DNA from: Eukaryota sp. GEM-RC1
Lineage: Eukaryota
Assembly (NCBI GenBank): GCA_040285855.1
Contig: JAUFOQ010000017.1
Location: forward strand, 62,001 to 126,000
Reading direction: 5' to 3'
Length of the DNA stretch: 64,000 bases
Each line of letters opens with the position of its first letter. The first letter of the stretch is position 1. Made by a program: the position numbers and the translations under genes. Below the pieces are notes generated by a model. The model was not told where the DNA came from, searched no databases, and saw nothing but the letters and a program-made list of their open reading frames with translations. Positions 37,374-49,773 of this stretch are shown in pieces.

Positions 37374-38824
37374 AGTCTCTTCATTGTTTATTTGAATCAT
37401 TAAAAATACTGCTACGTGTAGTCACTGAGAGCATATATACAGTATATATATTTATGTACTAGTACTGAACATGTATGACGTTAAAATCTTAACAACAATT
37501 CGTGAGTTGTATACCTATATATGGCACATAGGAACATTGGAATGCTTGTATAACTCGCAAACCTAACACGATTGATTCAAACATTATCTAATGTGTCATT
37601 GACAGGGTTAACTACTAGTAAATCAAAAACATCGAATAGCTTCGAACTTGATCAACTCCTATTACCTAAATTGATAAATCAAATGAAATAAATGAAAACA
37701 CACATATTCAATAGTTAGTTATTTAGTTTCTGGAAGAAACAGTCTTCATACTTAAATAACTGATTTGGTTTTGGCATCGGTAGAAATAATACATTTTATA
37801 CTTAGGGAAAAAAACTTGAATGCCAGTGAAATACATATTGTCCAACACCAAAATTTATTCGCAATAAAATTCGAGTACTGGGACAATACGGTATTGATTT
37901 TTGAGACCAGTGTAAATTAATGCGATGAATGATTGATATTCTGCACAATCCAACACAATAAGCGACAGGCTGTTCTGCTTATTGGGATGATTGTAGCAGA
38001 TGTAAAATTGTTGAAAACTTTTTATCAAACTTTATGTCATAAACACAATTCGAATTCGAAGCTTACATGGTCATAAACAGTTGCCTTTGCAGAATAAATC
38101 TGCTAAAGTATAACCAATGGTGGGTTTTATGCGGCTCAAGACATGAGATTTGTAGAATAAAATTAGACTTGTTTGGTTCCTGGTACATGTAGAAGTAAAG
38201 AGTGTTTTGTTGTTGATTTATTCCCTTCAAACATTATTACACATCGATGTGTAGTAATGTTTATTGTTGTTAAACTTGTACAATTTGATCGTTATAGTGA
38301 ACAATTTACCACGATGGATTCTAGTCGACACAATTTGTTTCCAAGCTGTTACTAAAGTCTCCAGTCTCTTTAGGGAACCTTTGGTATTTTTGGATAAAAA
38401 TTACTCACATACATTGACAAACTGTGGAAACATTAAATCAAGAATCTTAAAATATTTGGAGAGGAATGTTGTCATTTTCCCTTTTTACAGCGCTATTTAT
38501 TTTTATTGATTCGATTTTGAACCGTCTCTTTGAATTGCGACATGAATGTGAGGTGATGTAGAGGTATTGGTATTGGAATTGATGGGATTGTTTAATTGTA
38601 AATACAAGGAGTTTATACTTGTTACGCTAGCAGTATTATGTTTCTGCTCCAATCTCGGACTTCTGATGTTCATCTTTGATTATTGATATATTGTTTTACA
38701 ATTCATTTATACTAACGCCTTTGGGATTGACATATCATTTAATGAATAAAAAATCAACTCCAATGGATAAAAAGATCTCAAAACTCAACCTGGACAAAAA
38801 AAAATCGAATGCAATTCTTTCCAA

Positions 38825-39766
38825 ATGGATACAACACCTCTTCTACTGTCTTCAGTTCTATCTTATCTATCAACCCAAAAAGATACACACTCCTCAAATC
38901 CTAACGCCTCTGCATCTTTTCAACACGCATCTGCCTGGTTACAGAATGCCGTTTCCTCCTTACAAATCCCTATAGTACAAGACGAATCTGCCCCCAAACT
39001 AGAGCACATATTTAACCTTGGTGTTAAAGAGTATGAACTTTCTAAATACATGGCTCGACTCGAACAAGATGGCTTTTTCGATGAAGCTGTTGGTAACCAA
39101 CGTCTTGCACTCGAGGCAAAAGCTAAAGAGCGTTTCAACTCTTGTTTCTCTAGTTCTGTCCCAGTCACAACTCCTTCACCACTACCATCTACACCACGTC
39201 GACCCTCTACGTCAGAAGCTGTCAAACTCAAAGAAGAAGGAAACGCTCTCTTTAGCGAGGGACGATTCCCTGAAGCCTTAGAGAAGTATAATCAAGCATG
39301 CGAACTTGATCAAAATGCTATTTATTTTTCCAATGCTGCTGCTTGTCATTCTCACTTGGACCAACACATTGAAGCTCTTCAAAAAGCCGATCGTGCCATC
39401 CAACTAGATTCTTCTTACTACAAGGCTCACTACCGTAGGGGAGTAGCCCTTGCCAAGCTTGGACGTATAGAAGAAGCTAGAGCATCTCTTAATCAATGTA
39501 TAGACCTCAACCCTGATTTTGAACCTGCTCATAAACATTTAAATAGTCTTCCTGCCCCCACAGCTCCACCCCAGGCCCCACCCCAGGCTCCCTCTGTACA
39601 GATTCCAGCCAATGTCCCTGGGTTAGGTGGAATGATTGGTCAGGTTATGTCTGATCCAAACTTCATGAACATGGCTCAGCAGATGGCTTCTCAGATGATG
39701 GGAGGAAGATCTAGTGAAGGGGATGAGGACCAAAGTGGTGGTCAACCTAATTGTCCTCAGCAGTAA
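38825..39766 (+). CDS. SGT2: SGT2/SGTA-like TPR co-chaperone
   Basis: Three TPRs (LKEEGN..A..Y..A..AIYFSN..Y.KAHYR.G); M/Q-rich DPNFMNMAQQM tail. Confidence 0.78.
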   Translation: MDTTPLLLSSVLSYLSTQKDTHSSNPNASASFQHASAWLQNAVSSLQIPIVQDESAPKLEHIFNLGVKEYELSKYMARLEQDGFFDEAVGNQRLALEAKAKERFNSCFSSSVPVTTPSPLPSTPRRPSTSEAVKLKEEGNALFSEGRFPEALEKYNQACELDQNAIYFSNAAACHSHLDQHIEALQKADRAIQLDSSYYKAHYRRGVALAKLGRIEEARASLNQCIDLNPDFEPAHKHLNSLPAPTAPPQAPPQAPSVQIPANVPGLGGMIGQVMSDPNFMNMAQQMASQMMGGRSSEGDEDQSGGQPNCPQQ

Positions 39767-40070
39767 AGAGATTCTATAGAAGTTTTTGCATTTTTCTTGT
39801 TGATACACATTATGTCTTTTGTTTCCGGATTTTGATTGAATGACTTCGTTTATTTTCTAAAAGTTTCATTGATAACAATCAAAATGGTAAAAACAAATAA
39901 ACTGTCAGGTTATTGTCTGTCATTTCATTAAGTGTTTGTTGGAGCTAGCAATATTCTCAAGGTACACTTTAGATCAAACGCATTAAGAGGAGATTCAGTG
40001 TAACTACAATGTTCGAGAATCATGAACATAATCTAGATGAAACTCAATTTTCATCTTTCTCAACTCAAAA

Positions 40071-41924
40071 ATGACTCAATCCACACCCAACATTGCCCAA
40101 CTTACACGAGAGTCTTGGAAGACTCCCGAAGGCACCGCTACTTCTCTTAAGTTATTCAACTCTCTGACTAAACGTCTTGATCCTGTCATTATTCCCGAAT
40201 CAGGTGTCCTAAGATGGTACCAGTGTGGACCTACAGTCTACGACGAATCTCATCTCGGACATGCTCGCACTTATGTCGCTTGTGACATCATCCGAAGAGT
40301 AATCGAGGACTACTTTCGAATCCCCATATCTGTCGTCATGAACATTACTGACATTGACGATAAAATCATCATAAAATCTCGAGAGTCTGAACTTCCTTTT
40401 GCTTCAATTGCTTCCAAGTACGAAGAGGAATTCTTCAAGGACATGGCTCATCTCAATGTCCTCCGACCTCATGTTCTAACTAGAGTATCAGAGTTCATCC
40501 CTGAGATTGTCTCATTTATTGAAAAGATCATTGAGAATGGCAATGCTTATGCTTCAAACGGATCAGTGTATTTCTCTGTTTCTTCTTTCACTTCCTGTGG
40601 TCATTTCTATGGTAAACTTGAGCCTGAATCAGTTGGGAACGCCGCTCTTCAATCAGAAGGGGAAGGTGCACTCAGCTCCGGATTAGGAAAGAAATCATCA
40701 GTTGATTTTGCCCTTTGGAAGGCTACTAAGGAAGGTGAGCCATCCTGGGATAGCCCCTGGGGTAAAGGTAGGCCAGGTTGGCACATTGAGTGTTCAGCCA
40801 TGGCTAGTGAAGTCCTGGGAAGTCTTGATTTTCATCTAGGAGGAGAAGATCTACGCTTCCCTCATCACGACAATGAACTGGCGCAGTCAGAGGCTGGTCT
40901 AGGTTGTGATCAGTGGTGTAACTACTTTGTGCACGCAGGAACTTTGAAGATTAATGGTCAGAAGATGTCAAAGAGTTTAAAGAACTTTACTACTATTAAA
41001 CAGGCGCTTGAGAAGTATTCTGGACGACAGATGCGATTGTTCTTTGTTGCTCATCCTTGGGCTAAGAAAATTGATTGGTCTGATAGTATTGCCACTCAAA
41101 TTGTTGCGATTGACCGTCAGTTTTCAAATTATTTTTCTAATGTAATGGTTTACCTACGGGAAAATGCTGGATTTCAACCTTCTAAACCTTCTGAGTTGAG
41201 CAATAATTTGTACAACTTTTTTATTAAGTCTCAGAAAGAAGTTCATGAGTATTTCTGTAACAATATTGCATCACATGAAGTTGTACAAGTGTTGTTAAAG
41301 ATTGTCCACCAGTGTAATTTCGCTATTGCCAATGCTGAAAAAGGCCTTCCCTCTGAGCTGTTGCAGAATATTTCTCAATATATTTTAAATATTTTAAATG
41401 TTCTGGGCCTTGATTACTCTCAAAGTGTTTCTCAAGGATCAACTGACCAAGAGCTGTCTGTTGAGAAACTTTTAAATATTTTGGCAAACTTCCGCGGGTC
41501 TATTCGTAAGTCTGGTTTATCAAATGACGTCTCCTCCATCCTCTCCCAATGCGACTCTCTTCGAAACGAGGTCCTTATACCAAAGGGAATCCTATTAGAA
41601 GATCAAGATGATGGCTCTTGTGTGTGGAAGTCAATTGACGTCAAGGAGTGGGAACGTGATCAGGAGCGGAAGGAAGCTGCAGAGGAGAAAAAGAGACAAA
41701 CACGTGAGTTGAAAGAAAAGAAGCAAGCTGAGAAGATGGCAAAAGCTAAGATCTCTCCCGCAGAGTTACTTAGAGATGATTCAAAATTTAGTGGTTATGA
41801 TGAAAGAGGAATCCCTACCCACGATCTAGAAGGGAATGAGTTGAGCAAGAGTGCGAAGAAGAAGTTAGTGAAGATGTTTGAAGGGCAGTCAAAGCTTCAT
41901 CAGGAGTATTTAGAAAGTCTTTAG
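40071..41924 (+). CDS. CARS1: Cysteinyl-tRNA synthetase, eukaryotic type
   Basis: CGPTVYD, HLGH, NITDIDDK, DFALWK, GRPGWHIECSAM, KMSKS; eukaryotic C-terminal extension. Confidence 0.97.
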   Translation: MTQSTPNIAQLTRESWKTPEGTATSLKLFNSLTKRLDPVIIPESGVLRWYQCGPTVYDESHLGHARTYVACDIIRRVIEDYFRIPISVVMNITDIDDKIIIKSRESELPFASIASKYEEEFFKDMAHLNVLRPHVLTRVSEFIPEIVSFIEKIIENGNAYASNGSVYFSVSSFTSCGHFYGKLEPESVGNAALQSEGEGALSSGLGKKSSVDFALWKATKEGEPSWDSPWGKGRPGWHIECSAMASEVLGSLDFHLGGEDLRFPHHDNELAQSEAGLGCDQWCNYFVHAGTLKINGQKMSKSLKNFTTIKQALEKYSGRQMRLFFVAHPWAKKIDWSDSIATQIVAIDRQFSNYFSNVMVYLRENAGFQPSKPSELSNNLYNFFIKSQKEVHEYFCNNIASHEVVQVLLKIVHQCNFAIANAEKGLPSELLQNISQYILNILNVLGLDYSQSVSQGSTDQELSVEKLLNILANFRGSIRKSGLSNDVSSILSQCDSLRNEVLIPKGILLEDQDDGSCVWKSIDVKEWERDQERKEAAEEKKRQTRELKEKKQAEKMAKAKISPAELLRDDSKFSGYDERGIPTHDLEGNELSKSAKKKLVKMFEGQSKLHQEYLESL

Positions 41925-42002
41925 TTTTTTGATTTATTGTTACTTTGAGTTTTCTCTCAATGTTTAGAATACACCCGTTTTTGAAAAGAAGTTGCTGAAT
42001 TG

Positions 42003-42899
42003 TATAGATGGGCAATCGACTCGACTAATTAGTTCAGTCGACTCCACTTTTAGTAGTTAAGTCGAGTCTCATGGTCAGTGAACTCGAGTGTGGAGTCGAG
42101 TCAGCTCCAACTTCCCCTAGTCTAGTCAAGTCTGTTCGAGTGCACACTAAATTATTTTGTTGAAGTTGTTGTCAACGTCATCTCTACATACTCATTCCTA
42201 CTCATGTTTACACAAATCCAATTCAAATATATAAACAACTACTAGTCCGGTACTTTTTATACCAGCAAAGTGTATATGAAATCACAAAACTTCTTACTTC
42301 TTCATTGCCTCATGACCGCACATCCCCTCAAAAAAGTAAACGATATTACATGTGGTTGATTGTGTGCAATGCTTTACTGTGATTGCTGACAGTACAATAT
42401 CTCACTTCTTTCTGCTAGTATAGTATTTTCACTTTTTGGCTCTTATTTGTCACTTTCATTACGTAGACATCGTCTGTGACATTATTCGTTTCTTTTCTGT
42501 AGTTTTTGTATCATTGTTGACATCATAGTGTTGCAGTTAATACTTTAGTACAAACACATCGTACACTTATCATTCAAATCCTTTCAGTGGTCATGAGTCT
42601 TCTTTTATCAAGAAGAAAGATCATTTCTACTGATTACAACACAATATGTAAGTTGGCAATTCCTAGGCGAGCATATAATCATACACACAGACGCCTTTTG
42701 AGTAAAGGTATGAAATTAATGATTGATTTCATCGAATAAAATAGCCCAATGTTAGTTCGCACAAATGCCCACTCGACTCGACTAAGTCTCTTAGTTCAGT
42801 CGACTCCACTTTGGAAGTCGAGTCGAGTCTAAGGGCCAGTGAACTTAGCGTGGAGCCAAGTGCGACTCGACTAGACTAACGAGTCGTTGCCCATCTCTA
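42003..42899. mobile_element. hAT-type MITE (CGACT/AGTCG arrays)
   Basis: TIR TATAGATGGGCAA / TTGCCCATCTCTA; TSD CTGAATTG / CTGAATTA (7 of 8); TTAGTTCAGTCGACTCCACTTT repeated at both ends. Confidence 0.85.
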
Positions 42900-43203
42900 C
42901 TGAATTAATATTCTTTTATTATTCTTAGTGGACACAGAAGCACAGTAGGAGAATATTTAGTACATTTAGTCCATTAAATCAAGGGGCTGTGGTAAGTACA
43001 CCATTCGATTCAAAATTTGAAAATTTGAAAATAAATATAAGAGACAACCTAAATCCTCAACTTGTTACACAATAATCTTGTTTATGTTTTGGACTTCTGT
43101 ACGATTTTTGAGATTTATATAGTGATTGAAGATGTCATCCAACAATGGAAATGACAGTCACCTTCAAAAAACCAAACTCTACAGTTCAAGTTCTTTCTCC
43201 ACA

Positions 43204-44205
43204 ATGAGAGTTGCCTTCTTCTGTGATCCTATTAAGATTCTCACCAGACCAAAGGTAGTACTAGTCTTGACGACCTGCTGATACAAGGATACAACATTTG
43301 CAATCATGTATGCTTTCCAAGACTCAGAACACGTCATATTCTACTTTGATCAATCAACTTTATCTATTATGAATAACAATGCTGTTGCAAGTTTATTTCC
43401 AATATCAGTTCATCAAGATGTAAATGGTATACATACAGGTTTGATCTAACTGTAACTTATTCAAGTCTAGGATCACCATTTACAACTAACTTATCATTTG
43501 TGAATCTCGTAATAATTCGTACCAACCCTCCAGTGGATGTTAACTACATACACAATATGCAGATCTTAGCCTTATTACAGAACAAAGGTACCAAGGTGGT
43601 GAATGATCCGATAGGTATCTTAAAACACAATGACAAAGTAAGTGTTTGTAGAAGTGAATTATTAGAAAGAGTCTGCTCTAAGAAGTTACCAGGTTCTTGT
43701 GGTTTTTCAACAGTGGAATATCCAGTAATTCTGGAAACCAATCAACAATTATGGAGGTCGAGAGGTTTTCTTAGCTCACAACGATGAAGAACGAGAACAG
43801 TTCCATGAACTAATATCCAGGAAGAGACAGAATTATGTATTGATTGAGAAATATCTTCCAGCAGTTACCACTAGTGGTGACTCTAGATTATTGCTTCTCA
43901 ATGGTGACGTCATTGGCCCAGCAGCGGTGAGAATGCCAAAACCAGGTGGAATAAGAGCCAACTTGTCTGCAGGGGGCTCATTCCACTTCAGACAACTAAC
44001 AAGAGAAGAAAGAACGATAGCCAAACAAGTAGGAGCTAATTTGATGAAAGACGGATGTGGCTTCGTTTGTATTGATGTTATTGATGGGACACTGACTGAA
44101 TTGTCTGTGACTAACCCAGAATATCCAGTAATGAAGTTGAAGGAAAGTAGCGGGGTTGATTTATGTCAGATCTTGGTGGACTATTGGGTATCACTCTGTC
44201 AATAA
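43204..44205 (+). CDS. gshB: Prokaryotic-type glutathione synthetase (ATP-grasp) with short introns; middle part disrupted
   Basis: MRVAFFCDPI..K|DTTFAIM, RTNPPVD, VVNDP..HNDK, (L)KPINNYGG, EKYLP..GDSRLLLLNG, RANLSAGG, DVIDG.LTE.SVTNP; candidate introns ~43255 and ~43439. Confidence 0.78.
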
Positions 44206-44289
44206 ACCGTTTCATTCGGTGTAGCTCTATACTGGACTCATCTTTGACATCGAATTTATAGAGGGTGTCTTGTCAGTTAGGTTTTGGTG

Positions 44290-44545
44290 GTGTTAGTGGT
44301 TGTTGTGCTATCACAGCACAATGCCAATACGAAGACAAAGCGTCTCATTCCATTCACATTTGTGTAGAATAATAGATGGAGAAGGTAAATCGGTATCTGT
44401 CACATCATAGGTAGACAAAAGGTCTATGTGCAGAAGAAGAAGACTCTCAGCGTTAAAACCCGTTTTTGAAAGAACACAGCATCAAGACATCAAGTAGATC
44501 GTCTTTTGTATCGAACGAATAGAAGTGTGGTTTCATAATCTTGAC
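44290..44545 (-). pseudogene. Gene-like fragment duplicated at 63280-63520
   Basis: Reads SFDTKDDLLDVLMLCSFKNGFNAESLLLLHIDLL...; aligned blocks CGTCTCATTC..CACATTTGTGTAGAAT, GGTAGACAAAA and GTAGATCGTCTTTTGT occur at both loci. Confidence 0.6.
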
Positions 44546-44618
44546 TAGGAGAGAGATTACTGTGAATTTAATTTCTCAAAAAAAAGCAACTGAATAATTG
44601 TTCTAAATGCCTTCACAC

Positions 44619-45664
44619 CAGGGGTTGGAAAAAAATATTTAAATAAATATCATGGCCAACAATAAGTATTTCAATAGATTCAGTTCAAACAATAAATATT
44701 GCAATACAGATGACTAATAAATTAATATTGCAATTATTGCAATATTCCATAAGTGATTCTGTGACACAACTCTTCGTTGAGTTCGATGACTAACCTATAC
44801 TTTTGTACTTATCATAATGTATATTTTATGGAATCACGTCGTATTAAAAATCCGAAACAACGGAGACGGAAGTTGGTGTAGTTGGAATGCTTTTTCACGA
44901 ACAGAATGAGAGGGTTGCTGGAAGCGCAGTGTTTACATCGCCTTGCCAGCTGGAACTGACTCAGGCTGCAGATCCATGGGCTTGAAGTACAGTAGAACAA
45001 TGCCACGTGCTGCGGTTTATTTATATATAAACAGAACTAAAGACTTTAATTGTAACAATAAATTAAGACAGTACATACTAATTCAAAAATGAAAGAAGTT
45101 GAATTCTCCACATCAGCACGAGAATTCTCCCTATACACATGGAATAAATGGAACATAAATACTTGGGAAAGCTTCTATAAAGAGCAAATATCATTCGATT
45201 AATCTATACAGCACCATTAAAACCGTGTCATTAGAAAGACATTAACGATTAAAATCACTTAATAATTTTATACCTGTTGAACCAATAACTATCAAAAATT
45301 GTAATTCATGCGAAATGGAACAGAAAAAATGTTCAGTAAAGACCTTTTTTTCCTGAACGAAAGTTCAGAAAATGTACGTTTCACGTCACTATAACCAAGG
45401 AGAAGAACCAAGACCCTTCAGTGACCGTAAGAATCAGCACGAGATACAAGAAACGTACCTTCTGTAATTGTCAGAGAACATGGTTTCGCACTTTTTTCAA
45501 TTTGGTAGAAACAAGAAAAATATTGCAATAAATATCATGACGAACAATAAATATTGCAATCAGCCACGACAAAAAATTAATATTTCAATATGCGATGGAA
45601 AAAATACATATTTTTATGCAATAATATTTCAATATTTAAATAGAAATATTTTTTCCAACCCCTG
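44619..45664. mobile_element. hAT-type cargo-carrying element, family shared with 57052-58332
   Basis: TIR CAGGGGTTGGAAAAAA; perfect TSD CTTCACAC (44611-44618, 45665-45672). Confidence 0.93.
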
Positions 45665-45693
45665 CTTCACACGGTATTGTATTACCCACGGTA

Positions 45694-47101
45694 GTGGGTT
45701 TTCCCCCTGAATTACTTGAAAAAGATCACCACACGTTTACTTATCAGAAAGATTTTATCTCATATTTAGATGATGCTGAAGCAGCCAGTAAGGGTGTCAA
45801 CATCGCTTTTCTCACTGGTCATGGATCCTTACGTCGAAGAGCTTTAGAAAATCCCAGTAAATTGGGCGAAGACCTCACTACTGAAGAACTCAAGGCCATG
45901 AAAGACTTGTTAGAGATTGATTTGGCTGATGAACGTGTACTTGGTCTGTCTTTGGGCTTGGAATATACTCCTGCTTTCCGATCTACTCCTGAGGAATTAA
46001 TGTATCTTAGTCCTGCCGTTGGTAAAGTCGGAAAGTTGTTGACCTCTCATGTTCGAATTTGCCTGGCAAATTGAGGAGTCTTCTCAAGAACTTATTGACA
46101 CTGCCCGTGCAGGTAAATGTCGGTTTTCTCATACACACATCAAAATTACTGCTTCAAATAATGCTGGAGCTGCAACTCTTCCTTATGAACTCATTGAAAG
46201 GATCTTCGAAGCGCCACGTATTTACCCTGAAATTCCTTCAGCTGTATGTTGTTGTCTTTCAATTCTAATTAAAGCATGCTGACGTGTATCCCTGGATTGC
46301 ATCTGCCACAGGTCTTTTCTACTTCTTCCCCCATTGGGCAGAAGAATATTCACTGGAAGAGTATGACGCATGTCTTAATGTTACTGAATGTTATGATCTT
46401 CTTCGTGGTTACATTTCAGAATCTACTCAACTAGAACATGATGGAATTCCTACTTTTGGACCAGCAAATATTTTATTGGTTTCCGATCCCAAAGGCCGTG
46501 GAATAATGTTGAAAAATCTCATTGAAGCTGAAACTGTGTATAATGTATCAAATCATTGGGACAAATCAGAGCTTGATTGGGCCAAACATCACGATTATCT
46601 AGATGTTATTTTAGATCTTGGTTTCCACAGATCTCAGATCAATGCGTTGTTTGAAATGAGAAACGATATTCAGGATATATTTGTAAAACACCCCCGCATT
46701 GGTATTTGTAGTGATGGTGGATTACCCATTGGACGTATGCTTCTTTCTTTTAATTAACTTTAGATCCTCGTTCTTATGGCTCCTTTGCTAGAATTTTCGA
46801 CTATTATGTTTCTCAACGTAATCTAATCACTTTACAACAGGCAATCTACAAAACAACTGGTCTAAATGCTGAAACTTACATGATTAAGGACCGTGGATTT
46901 GTAAGACCAGGTTATTATGCTGATTTGATTTTGTTTAACCCTGAACACGTCACCCAAAGAGCTCATTTTGCTAATCCTAGAGAAATGTCTGTAGGATTTG
47001 ACATTGTCTTGGTCAATGGTAAAGTAGCTTTGAAGGATGGAAAACATCAAGGTAACTTTGGTGAAATTGTGCGATCGTATGCAGTTCCACCTGAAGTCTA
47101 G
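45694..47101 (+). pseudogene. 5'-truncated, promoterless D-aminoacylase copy
   Basis: Lacks exon 1 and the HxH motif; 5-nt deletion at ~46055; keeps introns 2 and 3. Confidence 0.85.
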
Positions 47102-47210
47102 ATTTTAATTACACGTTTTTAAAGTGTTCCCCATTGTAGTTTTACTAGTTTGTTGACTTTTGGTTTTACCTATTGTAAAGACTTCACATAACTTTAGACT
47201 TGTTTTTTTT

Positions 47211-47795
47211 TCCGGAAAGGAGCCTTGCCATGTCGCTAACGGTGCTTTACCGATTACAATTCTTCTACGCCTCACTCGGAATCAGCTATAACCTGGTCAG
47301 TCTCATCCTGCAGCAAAGCGGTGCTGATCCGCTCTCTGCCACTTCAGCCGTCAGCGGCATCGCAGCGATGATCGTGTATCTGCTCTTCCTGATCCCTGGT
47401 GTTCTCAAGCTTCGCAGTCTGTATCGTGCGCTGATGGCAGTTGCCACAGTGGTGCTCGGGTACGGCGGCGTGATTACACATTTGATGAACATCAATGATC
47501 TGCAGCTCTATTCCTCAATCGCTGCCTGGATCATTGCCATCGTCATCAATCTGTTCGGACTCATTCTTAACGTCACAGCTCTGTCAGAAGGTATACACGA
47601 ACAATCAGAAAAAGGCAAACGCCAGCAGCAGTCGGAAGAAACAAAACAGCGCTTACTCGTAAATGGCTGTCACCTGTTTCGGGAAAAAGGGTTTCATCAG
47701 GTCACCGTGGACGACATCATCTCCAATCTTAGATACGAAAACGCCGGGGTTTGATGATGTGTTTTCTGCCATCCAGAAAGCAGGATGGTAGAGCA
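47211..47795 (+). pseudogene. Bacteria-derived fragment (membrane ORF + truncated TetR), second copy
   Basis: SD AAGGAG before ATG 47230; TetR HTH start; hairpin TCTGCCATCC-N8-GGATGGTAGA at ~47765-47790. Confidence 0.8.
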
Positions 47796-47845
47796 GGAAC
47801 TATTGTTTTTCTATGATAAACTGATCTAAAACAAATCATATACAA

Positions 47846-48660
47846 CAGGGATACCGAAAAATATATTGTATTGCAATTAATTGCAATATATATTTATTGT
47901 TCAAGGTTTGTTGTACCAATATATTTATTGCAATTATGAGAATGTTGCAGTATATTGCAATACTTATGTTGTCGTTTTCAAACAACTCTGCACCGAATTT
48001 GTAATTAGAATCGAATTAATTTGGTGTTTGTTTGACGAGTTCTGTGTGTATCTGATCTGTAGACTGTTGACATTAGGTCGTATTGAACTGATGAAAAAGC
48101 TACATCTTAGCTTATAGGAGCTACTATTTGGAAATGATGACCTTGAGAAGCATTTCCAATAGTACAGCATCAAGATTCAACTGTTTCCTTGCGATCTGTG
48201 GCTTCTCTGAGTTTGGATCATAGAAAACATCTGTATATCAGCTGGAAACGGAACACGGATGGATACATTAAGTACAGACTGCTCGGTAGATCATTTTTCT
48301 GGATGAATTGAAGCCAAAAGTGCTAAAACCAACATCGAGACCAACAGTGTGTTATATGTGAAGTTCATGATGTAGGTAGGATGCAAAGTGGTGTGAAAAC
48401 AAGATATACGAAAAAACAAATGTGAGAACATGTCACTAACACACAAACAGTGAAAGCCGCACAAACAAAACTATATGCAGTAGCTGAATTTTCGGAGAAT
48501 TTTGAATATTTACCTATGTGTAATATTGCAATATATTGCTATATTTATTGCAAGTTTCTGAATCTGCAATATATTTATTGCAATATTTCCAAAATGCAAT
48601 ATATTTATTGCAATTAAATATTCTTGCAATAAAATTGCAATATATTTTTCGGTATCCCTG
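47846..48660. mobile_element. hAT MITE, mirror of 30860-31629
   Basis: TIR CAGGGATACCG; TSD ATATACAA. Confidence 0.92.
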
Positions 48661-48769
48661 ATATACAACCTAAAGTGAGTTTAGTGTGACTGAAATGCCT
48701 CTCAACTTCATTGGAGGGTAAAAGATTGGTTGAAAAGTCAATGTACTCTGAATTGCTGGTGCTTGAAAC

Positions 48770-49773
48770 TAGACCTTGGAATCGGATTTTTCATCTCAAA
48801 TCCGATCCGATCCGAAATCCTGGTGTTCAATTACCGAATCCGATCCGTAAGATCCGATCCGATTGATCTTTTTTTATCTCGTTTCATTGATTCTGTTTTA
48901 GTTTTTGCAGTAAGATTACTGTTTTAGTTCCATAAAGAAATGACGTGCTATGAACTTCATTTTTGTAAAAGGAAGGATAACAAAATTCTATTAAGATTTA
49001 TTAGTCAAAAAGTAACGTTAATTGTAATCATAGGGGAAAATTCTATCATCAACCATAAATCCAAGTTTTGTTCAAGAATTGAGTAAAACCGATATTGAAC
49101 TGTGTCACACATTTGAGAGATGTTCTTTTATCGGACACAATTCACCCAACACGTGAAAAGAGTCTTTCACATGGTACAGAGAATGCCTTTATTGAACAAT
49201 AAAAGAAGATTCGAGCAAGTTTGGTATAAGTGCTTTCATTTCTCTTCCACCAAATTAATGGACTTCGATGTTGCTGGCGGCAGAATCCGAGATGACGTCT
49301 ACATTGGAATAGTAGGACATTAGAGACAGACGTAGTTACCGAATTTACTTAGGGAGGAGTCATGTTCAACAGTCATATTGGCATGTCAATCGTTTTAAAT
49401 AACTTGTAATATTAGTACAGAAACGGCGTTTATGATCAATACAGTGAAATTCAGTAGTTACTTTTGTAAAAATAATAACTAAAGAGAGATGTTTATTCGG
49501 CACCCAATAAGGTAACTTTTCTACAAACTATGAAATTGTAAAAACAAACAAATAATACTAAGATTAAATCCAAACGAAAAAACTAAATGATTCCAACTAA
49601 TGTATCTATATTAGTGTTAGTGAAGTAATCAAATGTATTTTGGGTTCACAACAATATCAAAATCATTAAAAATCCGATCGGATATTTCGGATCTGGTAGG
49701 ATAAGTCCGATCCGAATCCGAGCAAAACCAAGAAAATCGCTCCGATCCGAAGTTGATCCGATTCCAAGGTCTA
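48770..49773 (-). mobile_element. hAT derivative, mirror of 29852-30750, with an extra retroposon insert
   Basis: TIR TAGACCTTGGAATCGG; TSD CTTGAAAC. Confidence 0.92.
49484..49580 (-). mobile_element. 5'-truncated retroposon 3'-end insertion (97 nt)
   Basis: Absent from the left arm; 7-bp TSD AACTAAA; similar to 57345-57432. Confidence 0.8.

Noticed and set aside
38531..38556. HUH Rep motif (PHIHVAIQ on the minus strand) suggesting a Helitron or CRESS virus relic
   Set aside because: Isolated short match with no other Rep motifs or open frame
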